From assembly GCA_029564515.1 (NCBI GenBank), contig JAKQPV010000102.1, forward strand, positions 23,685 through 87,684: a stretch of DNA of 64,000 nt, in the 5' to 3' direction. Position numbers and translations under genes: made by a program. The notes under the pieces are model-generated. The model was given only the letters and a program-made list of their open reading frames with translations. It ran no database searches and was not told the DNA's origin. The stretch comes from Spirochaetota bacterium. Its GTDB lineage: Bacteria; Spirochaetota; UBA4802; UBA5550. Positions 63,757 through 64,000 of this stretch are shown in pieces. The first letter of the stretch is position 1; every line of letters begins with the position of its first letter.

Positions 63757-64000
63757 ATGACGATTATCGACATCATCCTGCATGTCGACAAATACATAAA
63801 CGTGATAATACAGACATTCGGGATATGGTCCTATGTCATACTCTTCGTCATAGTATTCTGTGAGACAGGCCTGGTAGTGACCCCGTTCCTGCCGGGAGAT
63901 TCACTCCTTTTCGCAGCAGGCGCCTTTGCCGCTATAGGCGCCTTCGACGTAACACTGCTTATAGTGGTATTTTCGTCGGCGGCAATCATCGGCGATAACG
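63757..64000 (+). CDS. dedA: DedA/VTT-family membrane protein; partial, continues beyond the right edge
   Basis: 'FGIWSYVILFVIVFCETGLVVTPFLPGDSLLFAAGAFAA' is the DedA signature. An alternative in-frame GTG lies at 63745. Confidence 0.8.
   Translation, partial: MTIIDIILHVDKYINVIIQTFGIWSYVILFVIVFCETGLVVTPFLPGDSLLFAAGAFAAIGAFDVTLLIVVFSSAAIIGDN

Overview
This is a 64-kb chromosomal segment from a GC-rich, flagellated and probably anaerobic bacterium. Sampled coding lines run about 60% G+C. The two flagellins are spirochaete FlaB-type. I support about 55 protein genes. By eye I found no rRNA, tRNA, CRISPR array, transposase, integrase or phage gene. Contents, left to right:

- a 7TMR-DISM histidine kinase fused to a receiver and a PP2C phosphatase
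- a small AT-rich two-gene island (FkbM methyltransferase plus a divergent isoprenoid-synthase-fold protein) with duplicated leader segments and a repeat-rich 'junkyard'
- an orphan ParA
- a neuB / lipoprotein / polysaccharide-deacetylase operon
- housekeeping genes: glpK, ilvE, argH, panB, hisF, glyQ, folE, queC, and purN-purO-purH with an archaeal-type IMP cyclohydrolase
- a flagellar filament locus (two flaB-like genes, flaG, fliD) flanked by two unassigned helical ORFs and lacking fliS
- a REC-PAS histidine kinase / LuxR two-component pair
- a dispersed STAS / anti-sigma-kinase partner-switching set with no sigma factor
- bactofilin and an orphan AmmeMemoRadiSam enzyme
- a Qrc-like cytochrome c / molybdopterin-family / FeS / NrfD membrane redox complex
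- a degenerate GGDEF protein
- two canonical polyprenyl synthases
- a ceramidase-family lipoprotein
- a CheY / tail-anchored protein / HATPase-HDOD cluster followed by a decayed chemoreceptor relic
- envelope and stress genes (TerB, LtaS-like sulfatase, lipoprotein rubrerythrin, LEA_2, DedA)

I found no obvious defence or mobile system. The best candidates for new biology are the unassigned flagellar-locus proteins, the methyltransferase/terpene-synthase-like island with its shared 105-nt leader repeat, the sigma-less partner-switching network, and the HATPase-HDOD cluster.

All calls rest on motif recognition from memory and on hand alignment. Coordinates of non-CDS features are approximate (+/- 2 nt).
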